A stretch of 64,000 nt of DNA from Anaerolineales bacterium. Its GTDB lineage: Bacteria; Chloroflexota; Anaerolineae; Anaerolineales; Villigracilaceae. The notes under the pieces were generated by a model. It ran no database searches and was not told the origin of the DNA. It worked only from the letters and a program-made list of their open reading frames with translations. Location: the NCBI GenBank assembly GCA_016789365.1, contig JAEURH010000002.1:27007-91006 (forward strand), given 5' to 3'. A program made the translations under genes and the position numbers. Positions 38,532 through 48,429 of the stretch are shown piece by piece. Position 1 is the stretch's first letter; each line of letters begins with the position of its first letter.

Positions 38532-39896
38532 TTATATTCTTATTCTTTCTTTCGATACGTTATAAGCCTTCAACGTTCTTTCTTTTACAATTTCTCTATT
38601 TACAATGGGTTGTTCAGGATAACCTGAAATTTTTATTTCATATTCCCAAGGCGTGTGAATCTCTTTTTCATTCACATCTTTCAATTCAGGAATCCATTTG
38701 CGAATGTAATCACCATGCGGGTCAAACTTCACGCTTTGTAGTACAGGATTAAAAATTCTAAAATATGGCGCGGCATCGGTGCCAGTTCCAGCAGTCCATT
38801 GCCAGCCACCGTTGTTCGCCGCCAAATCGCCATCCAATAAATTTTCCATAAACCACGCTTCGCCCCAACGCCAATCAATCAACAAATCTTTTACTAAAAA
38901 TGATGCCACAATCATCCTCGCGCGGTTGTGCATCCAACCAATAGATTTCAATTGACGCATTGCCGCATCAACAATCGGCACACCTGTTTTTCCATCTTTC
39001 CATTTTTCAAATTCCTCAACATTGTTTCGCCATGGAATATTTTTCAACGCTGGATTAAATGACTCGTTAGCCACATGCGGAAAGTGATACAAAATTTGGA
39101 TATAAAACTCACGCCAGATTAATTCATTGAGCCAAATTTCTGCATTGCGTTTTGCCTCTGCGCTTCTTGCCTGCGCCTCAGCCTGTTTCGCCGCACTGAC
39201 GGTTTGTCTTAACCCAAGCATTCCAAACCGCAAATATGGCGAGAGTGAAGATGTGCCATCTAAATCCATGCGGTTGCGGTCATTTGCATAGGAATATATT
39301 TTTTTATGCAAAAACTCTTCAAGCCGAGTTTGTGCTTCTAATTCACCAGCGGGGAAGTGCTTGCTTGATTCAAAATTTGGCAACGGCTCAGATTTAATTC
39401 CAGAAGGTGTATCAATTTTTTCGGGAACAGGAATTAGATTTATTTTTTTATATTGCAATTTCCAAATTTTTGAATAAGGTGTATAGACTGTGTATGGTCT
39501 GCCATCTTGCTTCAAAACTTGTTTTGGATGATGAACTGTTTGCCCATGAATTAAAGTCAAAGGTAAGATTTTTTTGATAAAAGCATCACGTTTGCGAGCA
39601 TACGGCGTGAAATCTTCTTCGGCGTAAATGGCTTCGGATTTGGTTTCGTCAAATAGTTTTCTTAATGCCTCAACAGGTTTTCCTTTAAGAATAACAAGAT
39701 ACGAATTACGTTTTCGTAATTCTTTATCTAATTCATTCAAACCTTCGTAAAGAAAATTTTTTCGGCGTGGAGATTGCGACTCAAAGGCTGGGTCTAAGAC
39801 AAAGGCTGGGATGACAGAACCAGTTTGAAGCGCGGAATGAAGCGCGAGGTTGTCTGTGAGTCTTAAGTCACGGCGAATCCACCAAATCGAAGCCAT
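38532..39896 (-). CDS. phrB: Deoxyribodipyrimidine photolyase (class I/III CPD photolyase)
   Basis: RRDLRLTDN, SSLSPYLRFG, WREFY, GWMHNRARMIVASFL, NNGGWQW and PYFRIFNP. Confidence 0.95.
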   Translation of the reverse strand: MASIWWIRRDLRLTDNLALHSALQTGSVIPAFVLDPAFESQSPRRKNFLYEGLNELDKELRKRNSYLVILKGKPVEALRKLFDETKSEAIYAEEDFTPYARKRDAFIKKILPLTLIHGQTVHHPKQVLKQDGRPYTVYTPYSKIWKLQYKKINLIPVPEKIDTPSGIKSEPLPNFESSKHFPAGELEAQTRLEEFLHKKIYSYANDRNRMDLDGTSSLSPYLRFGMLGLRQTVSAAKQAEAQARSAEAKRNAEIWLNELIWREFYIQILYHFPHVANESFNPALKNIPWRNNVEEFEKWKDGKTGVPIVDAAMRQLKSIGWMHNRARMIVASFLVKDLLIDWRWGEAWFMENLLDGDLAANNGGWQWTAGTGTDAAPYFRIFNPVLQSVKFDPHGDYIRKWIPELKDVNEKEIHTPWEYEIKISGYPEQPIVNREIVKERTLKAYNVSKERIRI

Positions 39897-39905
39897 ATCA
39901 AAAAC

Positions 39906-40481
39906 TTAGGCAAGCATTTCAGGAATGATGGGCGATGGAACTTCTTTTGGAAAAAGTTGATGCAGAACCGTGAGAACTTGAAAGGCTGTATCTACTTCAA
40001 AAGTATAAAAGCCTTCATAAATACGCGGCTCGCCTGGCATACGATTGGCTGGCGTGATTTCTTCGGCTAACAAAGTTGCGCTAATGCCTGCGCCATACGC
40101 AATCACATACCAATAATGTTCAAGTGGTGTGTTTTGTGTATTGATGTAAGTTGTGTTTGTGAGTTCTGGTAATTCTGCATCTGGTACGCCGTATAACCAT
40201 AATTTTTTTGAAGAGCGGGCAACTTCTTGATAGCGTTCTAACTGCGGTGCAATGCGTGAGAAATATTGAAATGAAACATGCGCATCGGCAATTCGTTTAT
40301 TGCGGATGATGAGGTCTTCAATCATGTGACTAATCGTGACCATGCCATCCACTGTGAAGATATAACGAAAAGTCAGTTTTTGTAAATCGTTGGCAGTGGT
40401 GTTACTTAACAAGGCTTCTGCGCGGGGTTGATAGTGTGGCAGAATACGGTGATAAAAATTTCCAAGTACATCGTTTGACAT
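39906..40481 (-). CDS. Stand-alone DICT sensory domain protein
   Basis: ISHMIED, FQYFSR...RY, LYGVPD, PL..YWYVI, LLAEE and YEGFYTF, a DICT-like pattern; start moved to the ATG at 40481. Confidence 0.7.
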   Translation of the reverse strand: MSNDVLGNFYHRILPHYQPRAEALLSNTTANDLQKLTFRYIFTVDGMVTISHMIEDLIIRNKRIADAHVSFQYFSRIAPQLERYQEVARSSKKLWLYGVPDAELPELTNTTYINTQNTPLEHYWYVIAYGAGISATLLAEEITPANRMPGEPRIYEGFYTFEVDTAFQVLTVLHQLFPKEVPSPIIPEMLA

Positions 40482-40501
40482 TTTGTTTTTCCTTTGTATT
40501 T

Positions 40502-41287
40502 TTATTTGGTTTTCGGAAACCACGGGAAGAACGCACTCGTGCGTGTGATGTAATCTGCGTAGCCAGGTTTGGTTTCTTTTAATGTTCTTTCAAGCATAGC
40601 AACGCCTGAAATTTTTAATAATAAATAGGTCATAATGATTGGACTGAAAATCGTCCACCATGCGCCCGCTGAAAAGGCGATGAGATAAAAGCCCCACCAT
40701 TGGGCGGCATCGCCAAAATAATTGGGGTGACGTGTCACACTCCAATAGCCTGTGGTTAATAACTTGCCTTTGTTGGCAGGGTTGGCTTTGAATTTTTTAA
40801 GTTGATAATCTCCGCCTGCTTCAAACATAAAACCAACCAACCATAGACCTGCGCCTGTTAAGTCACAGTTGCATTGAAGCGGAGTTGGTATGCTGGCGTT
40901 TACGGCAACCAATGGCGCAGCGATAATCCATAGTAAAACACCTTGTAACAAAAATACTTTGAAGAAACTTCTCCACCACCAACTGGCTCCATTTTCTTCG
41001 CGCCATTTGGCATAACGAAAATCTTCAGGTTGACCATGATTGCGTTGATAGATATGAATGGCAAGTCGCAAACCCCAAATGGTGACGAGCGCCCCAAGCA
41101 ATATCGTGCGATTTGAAAATGATATTGGATTAATGAATGCTGTAACCCAAAAAGTGATGACGAATCCTAAACCCCAGAAAATATCAACAATGCTGGCATC
41201 TTTAAGTCTTAAACTCAAAAGCCATAACAAGACCATTAAGACGAGGATTACGATTCCACTCATTGACCATAACGATAAAAATGACAT
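40502..41287 (-). CDS. DUF1295 (steroid 5-alpha-reductase-like) membrane protein
   Basis: VDIFWG, WGLRLA.H...R...EDFRY, D.QL..FK and RHPNYFG. Confidence 0.88.
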   Translation of the reverse strand: MSFLSLWSMSGIVILVLMVLLWLLSLRLKDASIVDIFWGLGFVITFWVTAFINPISFSNRTILLGALVTIWGLRLAIHIYQRNHGQPEDFRYAKWREENGASWWWRSFFKVFLLQGVLLWIIAAPLVAVNASIPTPLQCNCDLTGAGLWLVGFMFEAGGDYQLKKFKANPANKGKLLTTGYWSVTRHPNYFGDAAQWWGFYLIAFSAGAWWTIFSPIIMTYLLLKISGVAMLERTLKETKPGYADYITRTSAFFPWFPKTK

Positions 41288-41296
41288 ATCTTTCCT

Positions 41297-42604
41297 TTAT
41301 CTTTCACTATATTCTTGCAACCATTTTTTGATTGGGTCGCCTTGACCGTTGATTTGTTCATCAATGGCATTGGAATAACTTTCTATAAATTTGGAGAGTT
41401 CTTGTGGCGGTCGGCTATAGGCTTTCAACAAAGTTTTCAGCCAATCCATTTCTTCAGAAGCATGTTCCATATCTCCAAGTTGTAAAGCGGCGGCGATGTT
41501 GTTTCCTAAAAAGTGAACGCCATTATTTAATTCTTCAGGGCTAATGGATAATGGTTGCATGTTCTTTTTAAAAGCACTTTCAATAAGCGTGCGTTTTGAA
41601 TTGAAACCATGCAATGCGGCTAGATGCGCCTCTGAGGCAGTTTTTGGTTTTTTCTCTTTAACTTTCTCTTTTAGCAATTTTTCAACTTCTTGAATTGAAT
41701 TATCAATAGTTGTACCGAGAAAATGACCTTGCACATAATCCACAATGCTGGGGCGGAGATTGAAAATGCGTCCGCCAAAAGCGGTCTTAATGCCTTGGCT
41801 GGATAATGCTTGCAAAGTGTTTTGTAAAGATGCCGCACTGACTAACGTTTGCGCTACCAAAATAACCAAGTTCACTTTTACTTTGATTGCTGTCTCTGCA
41901 AATCGTTCGGCTGGCACATTCGCGCCGAGATAAATTACATTCAATCCACGGCGGCGTAAAAGCAAAGAGACTAACAATGGTGTAAACGTATGCCATTCTC
42001 CAGCGGGGCAACCAACCAAAATTGTTTGTGGACGTGAAGGTGGAGGCGATGCACTCAATAAAGCATCAATTCGGCGCATGGCTAAGCCTGATGCAAAATG
42101 CTCTTGTTGCACACTGGCATGGTTGCTGTACCAAAGCCTACCAATTTCCGACATGCCCTTTTGAAGTAATTCAAGGCATACATCTTCTACTTGAAACATT
42201 GAGAAGGCTTTGTTTAACGTTTGCTCTGCGAGAATTTCGTTAAAACCTAAACAAGCCGCAATCCATTCTGCACGCAATGCGCCCATCGTAGTTTCAGAGG
42301 TGTTAGTTGCTGATGAGGTATTGCCCAAGCCCAATGGTGCAGAACCAGCCAACGGGTCAGTGCCAGAAGCGGAAATTTCATTCCACAAATCCACGGCGCG
42401 AGAAATCGAAAGCCCTTCTGTTTGTCTCATCATCAACCATTTGATGGTTTCAATATCATATTGCGAATACAAACGATGCCCGCCTCCGGTGCGTTGGGGC
42501 ATGGGCAAACCATAACGACGTTCCCATGCGCGTAAGGTATCAGCGGCTAGACCGGTTTCTCGTAAAACTGCTTTCAAATTAAAGGCGGGGATTTTGCTTA
42601 ACAT
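41297..42604 (-). CDS. carH: CarH/LitR-type MerR-family cobalamin-binding photoregulator with an extra C-terminal domain
   Basis: MerR HTH (TLRAWERRYG..P.RT.GGHRLY), W-x9-EH (WYSNHASVQQEH), ExH (GEWH) and YLGANVP. Confidence 0.85.
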   Translation of the reverse strand: MLSKIPAFNLKAVLRETGLAADTLRAWERRYGLPMPQRTGGGHRLYSQYDIETIKWLMMRQTEGLSISRAVDLWNEISASGTDPLAGSAPLGLGNTSSATNTSETTMGALRAEWIAACLGFNEILAEQTLNKAFSMFQVEDVCLELLQKGMSEIGRLWYSNHASVQQEHFASGLAMRRIDALLSASPPPSRPQTILVGCPAGEWHTFTPLLVSLLLRRRGLNVIYLGANVPAERFAETAIKVKVNLVILVAQTLVSAASLQNTLQALSSQGIKTAFGGRIFNLRPSIVDYVQGHFLGTTIDNSIQEVEKLLKEKVKEKKPKTASEAHLAALHGFNSKRTLIESAFKKNMQPLSISPEELNNGVHFLGNNIAAALQLGDMEHASEEMDWLKTLLKAYSRPPQELSKFIESYSNAIDEQINGQGDPIKKWLQEYSER

Positions 42605-42613
42605 AGTTATCCT

Positions 42614-44140
42614 TTATGCTGGGTTTAGGGTTGGCTTGCCAACCTTTTGCACAGCAATTGTACTAGCCTCTTGTAGAATTCTTTCCGTTGTTAAGCGAGC
42701 AGAAAGTAAAACGATTGGCAAACCTGTGCCGGGATGTGTGGATGCGCCAGCAAAATATAAATTTTTATATTTATTGTGACGATTTTGTGGACGTAAATAC
42801 CCAACTTGCCAAAAGTTATGACTCAAGCCAAACGCCGCGCCTTTTTCAAGATTAAAACGCTTCTTCCATGTTTCAGGCTGGTACACCACCTCAAACTTGA
42901 TATGCTCTTTCAAATCGCTGATTCCAAATTCTTTGTGCAAGCGCATGAATACAGTTTCACGCGCACGGTTGACAATTGCATCCCAATCTTGTTTGGACCT
43001 AGCATCTAAATGTCCAACTGGAACTAACACATACAATGTATCTTCACCTTTTGGTGCGGCGGATTCGTCTGTGCGTGCTGGCGCATGAACATAAAACGAA
43101 GGTGATTCGGGTAAATTATGTTTTTCAAAAATATCATCAAATGAGGCTTTGTAATCGCCACCGAGAAATACGTTGTGATGTGCAATTTGTTTATATTGTT
43201 TATCCACGCCCCAATAGAACATAATCGTGGAGCAGGTGTAAAGTTTTTCGTCTAATTTTTTTGCTTCTTTTGCATCTGGTAAAAGTTCTTTGTAAATATA
43301 TGGCAAATCTGCATTGCCGACGAAAATGTCAGCCTCTAGCCGTCTGCCGTCGGCGGTCTGAACACTCGTTACTTTATTATTTTCAACATTAATTTTCTTA
43401 ACCGCTGAGTTATACACAAACTTAACACCCAATTTTTCGGCAACATTTACCAACGCTTGAATCCCTGCATACATCCCGCCCATCGGATACCACACACCTT
43501 CGGCTAATTCTGTATATTGCAAAAGTGAGTAGGTGGCAGGTGCATCATACGGGCTTAATCCCAAATACATGTTTTGGAAAGTAAATACCGCTTTGAGTCT
43601 TTCGTCTTTGAAGAATCGGCTGGTATTTGTGTAATGCTTGCCTAAAGCCTTTAATTGAAAAATAAGTGGCAAATTTTTCAAACTGAAATATTCAAAAATA
43701 TTCATAAAATTTCTGCCAACAAATTTTTCTAAAGAAACTTTGTAATGCTTATTACCTTCGGCAATGTAATTCAAAAACCCGCTAAAAGCCGTTTTTTCAA
43801 TTTTTTCTAATTGTGTTTGCATCTTGCCAATGTCAGAAGTTAATTCCAATTGCAAGCCGTCATCAAAATACACTTTGTAGGTTGGGTCAATGCGGCGTAA
43901 ATCCAAATGGTCACTCATTTTTTCGCCAATAGAGGCAAAGGTTTCTTCCCAAACTTCGGGCATCAGAAACAGGGTGGGACCAATATCGAAGCGATGACCC
44001 TCCTCAATAAATTGGTTGCAACGACCGCCGGGCGTATCGTTTTTTTCCAAAACAATCACATCGTATCCATTTTTTGCGAGGCGGGCGGCGGTGGCAATTC
44101 CACCAATTCCAGCACCAATGACCAAAGCGGTAGGTTTCAT
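42614..44140 (-). CDS. crtI: Phytoene desaturase
   Basis: IGAGIGG, FDIGPT, WYPMGG and GASTHPGTGLP; ATG at 44140 with AAGGAG RBS. Confidence 0.93.
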   Translation of the reverse strand: MKPTALVIGAGIGGIATAARLAKNGYDVIVLEKNDTPGGRCNQFIEEGHRFDIGPTLFLMPEVWEETFASIGEKMSDHLDLRRIDPTYKVYFDDGLQLELTSDIGKMQTQLEKIEKTAFSGFLNYIAEGNKHYKVSLEKFVGRNFMNIFEYFSLKNLPLIFQLKALGKHYTNTSRFFKDERLKAVFTFQNMYLGLSPYDAPATYSLLQYTELAEGVWYPMGGMYAGIQALVNVAEKLGVKFVYNSAVKKINVENNKVTSVQTADGRRLEADIFVGNADLPYIYKELLPDAKEAKKLDEKLYTCSTIMFYWGVDKQYKQIAHHNVFLGGDYKASFDDIFEKHNLPESPSFYVHAPARTDESAAPKGEDTLYVLVPVGHLDARSKQDWDAIVNRARETVFMRLHKEFGISDLKEHIKFEVVYQPETWKKRFNLEKGAAFGLSHNFWQVGYLRPQNRHNKYKNLYFAGASTHPGTGLPIVLLSARLTTERILQEASTIAVQKVGKPTLNPA

Positions 44141-44161
44141 AAAAATCTCCTTGAATGCTTC

Positions 44162-44237
44162 TATTCTACACAATGTCTATAATTTGTCAAGTTTTAATTA
44201 TACAAAACCTTGACAAAAACAATTTAACCCGTAAAAT
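44162..44237. promoter_or_regulatory. Divergent crtI/crtB promoters overlapped by CarH-type 11-bp direct repeats
   Basis: Plus strand: TAATTATACAA AACCTTGACAA (44195-44216) with TTGACA-16-TAAAAT. Minus strand: AAACTTGACAA ATTATAGACAT with TTGACA-16-TAGAAT. Three repeats fit nAnnTnnACAn fully and one partially. Confidence 0.75.
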
Positions 44238-44286
44238 ACATAAATCAATTATGGGCACTTCAGAATACTTTAACAAGGATGAACTT

Positions 44287-45228
44287 ATGCAAACCACAAC
44301 CCAATGGGAAACCCGCCTGCTCGACCTCGCTGGCAACATTCACCCGCACCCGCCTGTTAAGCCTTTTTTCTCCTATTGGGCTGGCGACGCTTCATTGCAA
44401 CAAGCCTACCAACAAGCCGAACGGGTAACAGCCAAACACAGCAAATCGTTTTATCTCGCCTCTGGTTTATTGCCCGAAGAAAAGCGTTCTGCCGTGCGGG
44501 CTTTGTATGCCTTTTGCCGCACAGTAGATGATATTGTGGATGAAATCGAATACAAAAAAGACCGCGATTTTGAGCTGAACTACTGGCGCGAGATTGTGAA
44601 AACCGCTTCATCCCCGACTGGTGACTTGGTTGCTTTAGCCTGGGCAGATACCTTAGCCCGATACCACATCCCGCATCATTACGCTTTGCAATTAATAGAT
44701 GGCGTTGCCCGCGATTTATCTGAAACCTGTTACCAAACTTTTGACGAACTGGCTACATATTGTTATGGCGTGGCTTCTACAGTTGGTTTAATGAGCATGT
44801 ATATCGTTGGCTTCAAAAGCACCGAAGCCGTACCGTATGCCATTAAATTAGGTGTAGCCTTGCAAATGACCAACATCCTGCGTGATGTGGGTGAAGATTA
44901 TCGCAATGGGCGTTTATACCTCCCGCGTGAAGAACTCAAACAATTTAATATTTCAGAAGACGATATTGCTCAAGGAAAAGTGACCGAAAATTGGCGTGAG
45001 TTTATGCGTTTCCAAATCCATCGCACCCGCCACTTATACAAAGATGCCTCTCCCGGTATTCATTTGCTAGAACGCGAAGGTCAACTTGCGATTCGTGCCG
45101 CATCTATTTTTTATGAAGGCATTTTGGATGTGATTGAGAAAAATGATTACGACGTTTTTACTCGCCGTGCTTCATTAAGTAAGTGGCAAAAAGTCATGCG
45201 AATCCCAGCCTTGTTTTTGAAAAAATAG
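44287..45228 (+). CDS. crtB: Phytoene synthase
   Basis: SKSFY, YAFCRTVDDIVD, YCYGVASTVG and QMTNILRDVGED...GRLYLP; start moved to the ATG at 44287. Confidence 0.95.
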   Translation: MQTTTQWETRLLDLAGNIHPHPPVKPFFSYWAGDASLQQAYQQAERVTAKHSKSFYLASGLLPEEKRSAVRALYAFCRTVDDIVDEIEYKKDRDFELNYWREIVKTASSPTGDLVALAWADTLARYHIPHHYALQLIDGVARDLSETCYQTFDELATYCYGVASTVGLMSMYIVGFKSTEAVPYAIKLGVALQMTNILRDVGEDYRNGRLYLPREELKQFNISEDDIAQGKVTENWREFMRFQIHRTRHLYKDASPGIHLLEREGQLAIRAASIFYEGILDVIEKNDYDVFTRRASLSKWQKVMRIPALFLKK

Positions 45229-45340
45229 CCTTATTTCACATATTTTTAATACTTAAGAGTTACATTTGAAGCCTATTTTGAAGCCTGAAAAGGAGATAAT
45301 TCGTTCTAATATCTTGTAGAGTTTACTTTGTGCTACAAAA

Positions 45341-47515
45341 TTGGATTTGATGAAACGTCTCATTAACGGTAATTTTTCAAATTTAAGTTTCATTTTTGCC
45401 ATTACAATTTTGCTCATAGCGGGGACGTTTTCGTTCGTCAATTTGACTACTCTCATAGACAGTAATACCCAAATCAGCCAGACTTTATTGACACTCACCA
45501 AGTTAGAAGAAACTTTAACTTTAATTGTAGATGCGGAGACTGCTCAACGTGGTTATGTTATCACGGGTGATGATGCATATCTTGAACCGTATTACAAAGC
45601 AATAGATTCTAAAACTGGTATTACCCAAAATTTGAATGAGATTCAAACTCTTATAGCAGATAAACCAGAGCAACAAACACGGTTAGAACAGTTAATACCT
45701 TTAGTAGATGAAAGGTTGAGGGTTATTGAGCAGGTGGTACATCTAAGAAAAGAAGCGGGGTTTGAATCTGCTCAAGAAGTTATCTTAAGTGGTTCGGGAA
45801 AGGAGACAATGGACTCAATCCGCCAAATCATCGCAGAGATGGAAATGGTAGAAAATGATTTGCTTTTGTATTGGTCAAATATGTCTTCTGCATATTTGCG
45901 AAACACAATGATTGCCATGACCTCTGCCGCAACCTTGAGTCTTTTGTTATTGTTGGCTTCGTTTTATTTAGTGACTCGTGAAGTGCAAGAGCGCCGATTT
46001 GCACAAAATGAATTACATCAACTCAATCAAGAATTGGATAAACGAGTAAAAGAACGTTCGGATGAATTAATAGAGGTCAGTCAAAAATATGTGCGCGTGT
46101 TAGATACAATGTTAGAGGGTTGTCAGATAATTGGTTTCGATTGGCGTTATTTATATGTAAATGATGTGGTTGCAAATCAAGGACATGTTACCAAAGATGA
46201 GTTGCTTGGACGCACGATGATGGAGGTGTATCCTGGTATTGATGAAACGCCTTTGTTTGATACGCTCAGAAATTGTATGAAAGAACGTACACCTGCTCGC
46301 ATCGAAAACCATTTTATTTATCCAGATGGTCAATCAGGCTGGTTTGAGTTAAGTATTGAACCTGTTGCTGAAGGTTTGTTTATTCTCTCGGTGGATATTA
46401 CTGAACGTAAACGCAACGAAGAAGCTATGCAACAACAACTTTATCGTTTGAAATCATTACGCGCCATTGACCTTGCGATTCTCGGTACAACCGATTTACG
46501 TTTAACCTTACGAACAGTACTTGATGAAGCAAAAATGCGCTTACATGTGGATATTGTACAAATCGAATTATTTAATCAATCAATGATGATGCTTGAAACC
46601 ATTGCGGTCACGGGTAATCACACCGAAGAATTGCAATCTTTTATTTCGAGATTAGATGATGGCATAAACGGAAAAGCCGCTTTAGAACGCCGCACAGTAT
46701 TTGTAGATATGATTGATGAAGATGAATCGCAAGACCCATTTCTAGTCGCTATTATCAAAGAAGATGGATGCGCAGTTTATTCCACGCCTCTTATCGTGAA
46801 GGGAAACCTGATAGGCGTTTTCAACGTTATCTTCCGCCGACCATTTAAAGCCTCACAAGATTGGATTGATTTCTTTGAAACATTGGCAGGTCAAACGGCT
46901 ATGGCAATTGACAGTGTGAAATCTTTTGAAGAATTACAACGCTCAAACTTAGACCTTGCGCTTGCTTACGACACGACCATTGAAGGCTGGTCTCATGCTT
47001 TAGATTTACGCGATAAAGAAACGGAGGGGCACACTTTGCGGGTTACTCAAATGACGTTGAAACTGGCTCGTATTGCTGGCATGAGCAGTTCAGATTTAGT
47101 CCATGTGCGACGTGGTGCTTTATTACATGATATTGGCAAAATGGGTATTCCTGATAACATTTTGCTTAAGCCGGATAAACTTACTTCAGAAGAGTGGGGA
47201 ATTATGCGTATGCACCCAACGTATGCTTATGAATTGTTATTACCAATCAATTATTTACACCCAGCCTTAGATATTCCCTATTGTCATCACGAAAAATGGG
47301 ACGGTAGTGGATACCCACGTGGCTTGCATGCAGAACAAATTCCGTTATCTGCTCGATTATTTGCCGTTGTGGATGTGTGGGACGCTCTGCGTTCAGACAG
47401 ACCTTATCGCCAAGCATGGGGAGAGGAACAAGTGATTGAGCATATTTATTCACTCAATAACACACACTTCGACCCCAAAGCCGTTGAAATTTTTATGCAA
47501 ACCGTAAAAAAATAA
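45341..47515 (+). CDS. CHASE3-PAS-GAF-HD-GYP cyclic-dinucleotide phosphodiesterase
   Basis: DAETAQRGY (CHASE3), a PAS ending DITERK, a GAF, HDIGK and HHEKWDGSGYP. Confidence 0.92.
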   Translation: MDLMKRLINGNFSNLSFIFAITILLIAGTFSFVNLTTLIDSNTQISQTLLTLTKLEETLTLIVDAETAQRGYVITGDDAYLEPYYKAIDSKTGITQNLNEIQTLIADKPEQQTRLEQLIPLVDERLRVIEQVVHLRKEAGFESAQEVILSGSGKETMDSIRQIIAEMEMVENDLLLYWSNMSSAYLRNTMIAMTSAATLSLLLLLASFYLVTREVQERRFAQNELHQLNQELDKRVKERSDELIEVSQKYVRVLDTMLEGCQIIGFDWRYLYVNDVVANQGHVTKDELLGRTMMEVYPGIDETPLFDTLRNCMKERTPARIENHFIYPDGQSGWFELSIEPVAEGLFILSVDITERKRNEEAMQQQLYRLKSLRAIDLAILGTTDLRLTLRTVLDEAKMRLHVDIVQIELFNQSMMMLETIAVTGNHTEELQSFISRLDDGINGKAALERRTVFVDMIDEDESQDPFLVAIIKEDGCAVYSTPLIVKGNLIGVFNVIFRRPFKASQDWIDFFETLAGQTAMAIDSVKSFEELQRSNLDLALAYDTTIEGWSHALDLRDKETEGHTLRVTQMTLKLARIAGMSSSDLVHVRRGALLHDIGKMGIPDNILLKPDKLTSEEWGIMRMHPTYAYELLLPINYLHPALDIPYCHHEKWDGSGYPRGLHAEQIPLSARLFAVVDVWDALRSDRPYRQAWGEEQVIEHIYSLNNTHFDPKAVEIFMQTVKK

Positions 47516-47541
47516 ATTAAAAAAGCATTTTTCTAATTTCA

Positions 47542-47565
47542 AAAGCCATTCGCTAGAATGGCTTT
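47542..47565. terminator. Hairpin downstream of the HD-GYP gene
   Basis: AAAGCCATT-CGCTAG-AATGGCTTT. Confidence 0.55.
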
Positions 47566-47584
47566 GTTGCATTAAAATCAGAGT

Positions 47585-48277
47585 ATGTTCAAAAATAAAA
47601 TTGGCATATTTCTTATTTTCTTTTTTCTTACTTCCTGCGGAGGCTCTGTGACGACAACCCCAACACCTGCTTCTCTTCCCTCAAATTCTACAATTCGTTA
47701 TCTTGCCCTTGGTGATTCATACACCATTGGCGAAAGCGTGCCTGAAAATGAACGTTGGTCCAATCAATTGGCTGAATTAATCGGTGGGAATATTGAAGTC
47801 AAAATTATCGCTCGCACAGGTTGGACGACATCTGAATTATGGCAAGGGATCCAAAAAGAAACTCTCACACCTCCTTATGATATGGTTTCATTGTTGATTG
47901 GCGTCAACAATCAATATCGTGGATATGATAAGGAAGAATATCGTCAGGAATTTGTTTTCTTATTAAATAAAGCCATTGAATATGCGGGTGGAGACAAAAA
48001 CAAAGTTTTTGTCGTTTCGATTCCAGATTGGGGAGTCACCCCGTTTGCCAAAGGTCGAAATGCAGAAACAATTGCAAGCGAGATTGATGCGTTTAATCAA
48101 ATCAATAAAGAAGAATCAGAAAAATTAGGAATCGCTTATGTAGATGTGACACCTATCTCCCGTGAGGCAGTCAATGATGCTGATTTAATTGCACCCGATG
48201 GTTTGCATCCCTCTGGAAAAATGTATGCTGAGTGGGCAAAACTTGCTTTGCCTGTTGCATTGGAAATATTAAGGTAA
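47585..48277 (+). CDS. SGNH/GDSL hydrolase lipoprotein
   Basis: Lipobox LTSC, GDSYT, IGVNN and DGLHP. Confidence 0.92.
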   Translation: MFKNKIGIFLIFFFLTSCGGSVTTTPTPASLPSNSTIRYLALGDSYTIGESVPENERWSNQLAELIGGNIEVKIIARTGWTTSELWQGIQKETLTPPYDMVSLLIGVNNQYRGYDKEEYRQEFVFLLNKAIEYAGGDKNKVFVVSIPDWGVTPFAKGRNAETIASEIDAFNQINKEESEKLGIAYVDVTPISREAVNDADLIAPDGLHPSGKMYAEWAKLALPVALEILR

Positions 48278-48280
48278 TTC

Positions 48281-48414
48281 GTCATTTCAAATCGTTGGTC
48301 GAGTAGCCGTGAGCGTTTTTGCGAATGGCGTATCGAGACCAAAAATATGAATCAATCCCAAGACTGTTTAAGAGATTGCTTCGCCGCAAAAACAAGTGCG
48401 CGGCTCGCAATGAC
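48281..48414. repeat. Composite of two palindromic element types
   Basis: Outer GTCATT ... GAGATTGCTTCG...CTCGCAATGAC; inner CGTTGGTCGAGTAG...CGTATCGAGACC (48293-48340). Confidence 0.55.
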
Positions 48415-48429
48415 ATGAGGAGAATATAA

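Noticed and set aside
44155-44286. Extended N-termini making crtB and crtI overlap
   Set aside because: Better starts with RBS exist at 44287 and 44140, and the interval holds the divergent promoters.
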